Below are positions 58,772 through 64,000 of a DNA stretch of 64,000 nucleotides, piece by piece. Each line of letters begins with the position of its first letter. Position 1 is the stretch's first letter. The DNA is from Patescibacteria group bacterium. Its GTDB lineage: Bacteria; Patescibacteriota; Gracilibacteria; BD1-5; UBA2023. A model generated the notes under the pieces. The model was not told where the DNA came from and did no database searches. It saw nothing but the letters and a program-made list of their open reading frames with translations. The stretch is from positions 2,977 through 66,976 of the forward strand of contig JAVHRB010000091.1 of assembly GCA_036171455.1 (NCBI GenBank), given 5' to 3'. Both the position numbers and the translations under genes were made by a program.

Positions 58772-59106
58772 ACGTATTTTCAGGGTGACATCGGATAAAC
58801 TATAACTTATATGTACTCATTTTTAGCATTACGTCAAAATAGACTTCATTTCGGATATCCCATTTGGGAGTAAAATTCTTCAATTTGAAAAAAGATCACG
58901 TAATTCTCTCTTATTTACACTGGAAATATTCTACCAATCAGTGAGGTTTTATAAAAAAATATGCCTCACATGAAAAATATACTTCATTTGCCTCGTTTTT
59001 GAGCTTTTTAGCCTATCTTGATGTTTTGATACATCTCGCACTATACCCGCCAAAACATTCCCAGATATTACAAAAGATGGGTATTTATTACAAAAATTTA
59101 TGACAA

Positions 59107-59520
59107 TTATTTCATATCGGAAATGGCCATTTTCGCAACATCGACTATATGTTTGTACCTATCGTTTTCTAGTTTGATTCCTCAAAAATGACGAGAAACC
59201 ACCAAACAGCACTGTTCGATTTCTCCTCGTCGGAGTTCTCTCAAAATACATAATCCAGCACCCGTTTCACCATCGTCTCATTTCCCCTCTATCAGGATTC
59301 ACTCGGGTGAACGAACACGAAATGAATAACTATTATGATCCGCACAAGAAAAAGGTTTGGTTTTCCCTACAAGTTTGAGAAAATTCTGGATATCGTCCTT
59401 TCCAGACACTTTGACATAGGCAAAACCGTATCGAGATCAGCGGTCGATTCTCACATCCGTCTGAAAAACTGGATGGGAATCTGGAACGGTTTTTTCAAAT
59501 ATATCGAGAGATACTTGCAT
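59107..59520 (-). CDS. IMPACT/YigZ-family N-terminal domain protein, 137 aa
   Basis: ATG 59520-59518 to TAA 59109-59107 with four TGA. Signature DDGETGAGLCIL...VVSRHF-[TGA]-GIKL. Confidence 0.8.
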
Positions 59521-59530
59521 AGAGCAAAAA

Positions 59531-60265
59531 CTAACGGAGGAGTTCGGCGATTTTCCGAGCGCCGCGGGGTTCCAAAAAACTAAAATGGCCAAAATCATCC
59601 CATGTTTCGTGCCGTTGTGGAATTTTTGAAGATATAGGAATACGGTGTCCGTGCTGAGAATCCGAGGGTACAACGATATCTTTACCCGCTGCTACGGTCG
59701 TAAGAGATTTTAATTTTTTGAACTCAATTTTCGGACGGTTTCGGTATACATTTTCTTCCATTTCTCGCAATGCCGGAATCCCAGGAATTAATCCAGAAAG
59801 CGGAACTTTGTCATGGGGAGTCGCAATGGTCACCATCCGATTCATTTGGATGTTTGGGGTATCCGTCAGCATAACCACTCCGAGAATCCCTCCAAAACTG
59901 TGCCCAAGTACCGAAATATCCTGGTTTTTTTCGGTTTTTTCTATGAAACGATATTTCTCCAAAATATGGTTGGTAAGAGTTTTTATATTGGCCGTATACC
60001 AAGGGAGTCATCGGACATATACCACGTTATATTTTTCGGAAAGTTGGTCTCCGATATTTTCCATCGAAGCACTTCCCTGAGTGAATCCAGGTATGAGCAT
60101 GATAGTACCTGCATTGTTGCCATGATCCATTTGATCTTGCGGAGCAGGCAGGAGATTCATAGCCGTTAGACGAAAATATTGAATCGTATTTTCGATAACG
60201 GCAAAAGGTGAAAGGACTAATTTTCAAATGGCCATCCCCATGGAGTCATTCACTGAAATCGACAT
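59531..60265 (-). CDS. alpha/beta-hydrolase fold protein (lipase/esterase-like), 244 aa
   Basis: Fragment 59531..59962 extended through TGA to ATG 60265-60263. Nucleophile elbow GHSFGG. Confidence 0.8.
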
Positions 60266-60506
60266 ATTTTGAAATTTAGGACTGACAAAACTGAGTATAC
60301 GAAAAAACAATCCGATAGAAAGACAATCAATTCATAAATCGAAATTTACCAATAAAAATTTAAAGAAATAGGGTCATTCTTTATCATACCGCTATCAATG
60401 GAATAACAACAAATACATCAGATTAAATATAAACTATTTATAAAAATTGATATTATGTCAATAATAATGTAAAACTTTTATTTGTTAAAATCGCAATGCC
60501 AGTAAT

Positions 60507-63500
60507 ATGACATTGAAACATTACCTCGAAAAAGCCATGGTCGAAACGGTAAACCTACCAACATCGTCGTTTGAAAACCCAGATATAGAAATCGATGCCT
60601 CAAACATTATACAGGCGCTGGAAATGGAGAGTCCATCGAGTCCTCTTTTTACGAAAGCGGTAGAATATATCAAATCAAAGGCTTTTTGAAACAACCAGAT
60701 TATTCCATTGCGGGAAATCATCATCCTGAGTACCACGCTCGATCGCAAGATTATCGATTGGCTATCGCAGCAGACGTTTTTGTCACGGGCTCGAAATGCG
60801 AGTACTGACAGTCGAGCTCGAATCGCACTGACAGCCTGGCTGCTTGGAAGTCCCAAAGGCACTCTTTTTACCAAAAACCAGGAAGGAAAATACAGCTTTG
60901 TGGAGTATATTGAATCACTTTTAGTAGATTGGAAATCTAAAAATATCAAAGAACAGGAATTAGGAGTATTGAAAATAAAAATGATACTCAACCTGATTAT
61001 CAATAATATGGAAATCCGGTTACCAAACCCTTCCGCCTATGATGAACTCCGAGAAATATACTATGCAGCCCTTGAACTCATAGAAAAAACTCAGCAAAAC
61101 CATTCCTGAACATCAAAAAACAATGATTCGAGGGAGCATGATAGTATCGGGGAATCAGCCATTGCTACCTATGAGAAAGAAGACCTCCTTGGAAGAGAAA
61201 TGATATTTTTTAAGGCGAGTTTCCTGAGTATCTATCTCATACAGTTCCATGGGTGGTCACCCAGGAATGAGGTTCAATGCATTAAAGCTATAATATCAAT
61301 CCAAACCCATCTCATTGCCAAGCAGAGCAGCGAAGAACTCATTGCAGTCTATAAAACTACCCATAACTTTCGACTCAACCGGGGAAAAGCTTTGGCGAAA
61401 TCAGGAATCTTTTCAAATACCACCAAGGAAAAATCACTGAACAAAATGATAGAAATATTTTACAATTTCTATTATAAACGACTGTATCACACTATGCTGA
61501 ACGAGAGAAACGACAAAAATGGTCAAAAGGAATTAGAAAAAGCTATTACCGATTCCATCGGAGGCTTCAGTGCAAAACAATTCATCAAGGATCTCATTTC
61601 GTACTATCCTCATAAAATTACCGATTACATGGTAGACATTTCCGCCCACCAAGCCGAACTCGACACATTTACTCATACTCTGAAAATTCTCCCGGACGAT
61701 GCGTTAGACAGTATTAAACTCAGCAAATTTCTCAGAAATATTCTCGGAAGCCCCAATGAACCAATCACATACCATCCAATGGACAACTGCCAAGGGTATG
61801 TTCTTGCAATTATCGATGAAATTCTTCGCCGGCTCGGAATCACTCGTGTCGATCTGAATGGTCTCAATCCTAAAGAAATCGAAAAATTCAAGTTATCGAT
61901 CAGTCATTTGGAGACATACCTCATGGGACTTCCCCATCATCCAATGCACGTAAGCCTCTCCGGAAGTATTCGAATACGGCTCGCAAATCTATTCATGAGA
62001 TTCGAGGAACTCGAAAAAACAATAGCCGATGCAGAAGCATATTTTATCAAAGGTTACAAGCTTTTCTATTCCCAAGGAAATCTACGACAACAAAATGAAT
62101 GTATTGGTATGTCTGTTATTTTCCTCAAAAAATATCTGGAAACCAAAGATGCAGAACAAACTTTACTGAGCGGCAGCACCTTGATTCGAGAACCGGCATT
62201 CCTTCCTCCTCATCCACATTGGAAAGCTCGGATTGGCTTGGCGGTATTACTAGAAAATTACAACTACAAAAACTACGAGAACGTCATTGCAAAAAAAATA
62301 GCCGATGGTATTGATGAAATCATCATCAAAATGGAACTGAAACAAAGAAACCGGTTGGAAAAACAAAGGAGGGAGGGGGCTAGTGCAGAATTTTCCGAAT
62401 CAAACCACCAAGGTACGACAAAATTTCTCCGGTATATATCGGAAATCATCATGAATTCCTACGATGGTATTTTTGACGTCAGTATCGCACGAGCTAATCA
62501 GCATAAACCGAGAATGGGAGACTTCACTATTTCCGAAGAAGTACCTATCGGATATGGTTATACCGCCTTGATTGAATACCCACTGGAAAATTCTGGTATG
62601 ATCGAATATCAATTTCATCCGGGAACTCACTGTCCAGAAGATATATATCGACTATTTACGGGAATCGTCACTCGGCATCTCCGTGATTTCATTATCCGAA
62701 TTTCCAATCCGAAAGTCCTTTCCCAATTTCTTTCCCCCGCAGAAAGAAAATTGCAGGAAGAGCAACAAAAAGACACTCATGGGTATATCGATCTCGAAAA
62801 ATATGCCCTCTTCCACGAAATTTTCGTCGAATGATCGGAAGCGGTGAAACCACTCATCTACCATCAAAAAAAATACAAAAACGAAATTCTCGTAGGCTCC
62901 GAAGTCCTCGTCCGATTTCAAAATCCTGATACACTAACGGAACAATTACTCCCTATTGATCAGGTATTTGCATTTTTGGACTTGTTCGAGCAGTACAAAC
63001 CAGTATCACGTAGAATTCTTTCCAATGCTATTACCGAAGCTACAACGCTTGATCACCCATTTTCACTCAACATCAAATGTGAAGAACTTATGGATCCTGA
63101 TTTCTCCGAGTTTCTCATCGGTAACATATCTCGAATCTGACGCTCTAACGGTCACGGTATTACTCTAGAAATCCTCGAATCCAGCGCATTAGATTCGGAA
63201 GACGCAAACATATTAGGAAACCTGAAAAAACTCAAAATGTACGGGTTTCATTTTGCTCTAGACGATTTTCGTGGAACCGACGAGGACTATGACAAATTTA
63301 ACAAACTCCGAATGATTCATATACCGAAAAATTCTGTCAATGAATTCGGTACTCAGAGTTTGGAATACTTTGAAATAGAAGATATCAACAACCTCGGTTT
63401 CGTCGACAGCAACATTGCCTCCGTAGAAATGCCAGAAGTTTCAAAAAACCTACCAATTTTTGGCATCGACGACGAGATCAAATTTGACTATACCAACAAA

Positions 63501-63836
63501 GAAACCCTGCAGATTATCCATGATATGACAAAAAGCTGGCCAAGCGAGCAAATTACCCTCAAAAACATTAGTGTCCAATGCAACGGGGATGTTACTTCAC
63601 CAGTACTGCGTTTGGTAAATATCGTTTCCTATTGCAAACGACACCATATAAAATATACGATAGAACAAATCCGGGATCGGGGAGACGATCATCTCCTGCG
63701 AATTGCTAACCTGTTAGGATTTATTATTCAGGGGTACATATATCACAAACCAAGTCCCGTTACGGTTGACGATACGGGGGTGGCGTTGTGAATTGCAAAG
63801 AAAACCCTATTCCATGTCGATATTCTACTGAGTTAA
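60507..63836 (+). CDS. large protein with C-terminal degenerate EAL domain, 1109 aa
   Basis: Fragments 60507..60689, 60708..61109, 61200..62834, 62844..63140 and 63237..63791 are in one frame, joined by five TGA. EAL-like blocks EILES, ALDDFRGT, IKFD, TIEQIRD, IIQGYIYHKP. Confidence 0.85.
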
Positions 63837-63872
63837 TCGAGAACTGGATGAAATGTCCACGAGGATTCTCGT

Positions 63873-64000
63873 ATGGTTTTTAACCTCACGGAAGAGAATT
63901 TCTTGATAGAATCCCGGGACCCGGATACAGCCATGCGAAAGCTGGGAACCATTCACCCGGCCATGATGGAGAAAGATATCTCCATCGACCTGGATAGCAT
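63873..64000 (+). CDS. possible 5-prime partial CDS
   Basis: ATG 63873, open to the window end (MVFNLTEENFLIESRDPDTAMRKLGTIHPAMMEKD...). The DNA becomes visibly GC-rich again here. Confidence 0.3.
   Translation, partial: MVFNLTEENFLIESRDPDTAMRKLGTIHPAMMEKDISIDLDS

Noticed and set aside
58772-59106. T-box leader upstream of argS.
   Set aside because: I could not find a T-box consensus or a specifier-loop architecture on the minus strand. There is only a promoter-like TTGACG and a modest hairpin.
1-64000. Reading the fragmented ORF track as a heavily pseudogenised, decaying region full of nonsense mutations.
   Set aside because: Every interruption is TGA and never TAA or TAG. Fragments always stay in frame, and the TGA positions coincide with conserved glycines. 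This is systematic recoding, not decay.
1-64000. TGA read as tryptophan (table 4, Mycoplasma-like).
   Set aside because: The motif positions are Gly, not Trp (NPPY-G, G-x4-G-K-S, HIGH, TOPRIM E-G, HPD-x-G-G). In addition, one paralog has GGT where the other two have TGA.

Overview
This 64-kb window comes from an organism, or one of its mobile elements, that reads TGA as glycine (translation table 25, Gracilibacteria/Absconditabacteria-type CPR bacteria). The supplied standard-code ORF track therefore breaks almost every gene into pieces. Joining same-frame fragments across TGA gives about 55 clean CDS that end only at TAA or TAG. Layout: (1) 0.5-12.3 kb, minus strand: a type I R-M locus (hsdM, hsdS, hsdR) interleaved with a DUF262/DUF1524 nuclease, a 2-TM protein, an AbiJ/Abi_C HEPN protein and a DUF3800 protein. 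(2) 12.4-15.0 kb: a TOPRIM primase-like gene, followed by a divergent AT-rich intergenic region with three ~65-bp iteron-like repeats. (3) 15.9-21.5 kb, plus strand: ORFans, including a 1098-aa protein. (4) 21.9-34.0 kb, minus strand: a cluster of 12 mostly secreted or membrane ORFans ending in a transglutaminase-like protein. (5) 34.0-38.1 kb: about 1 kb of noncoding DNA with palindromic modules, then a small regulatory and 196-aa tyrosine-recombinase module. (6) 38.4-41.8 kb: cargo in which the DNA turns AT-rich, with three divergent tandem paralogs, a NADAR gene and two ~170-bp direct repeats. (7) 41.9-45.8 kb: two tandem large serine recombinases. (8) 48.7-55.3 kb: a type III R-M locus with an OLD-family ATPase-nuclease between mod and res. 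(9) 55.7-63.8 kb: a Bro-N gene, argS, an IMPACT-family gene, a hydrolase and a 1109-aa protein with a degenerate EAL domain. I found no rRNA, tRNA or CRISPR array. All domain calls are from motif recognition by eye; no searches were run.
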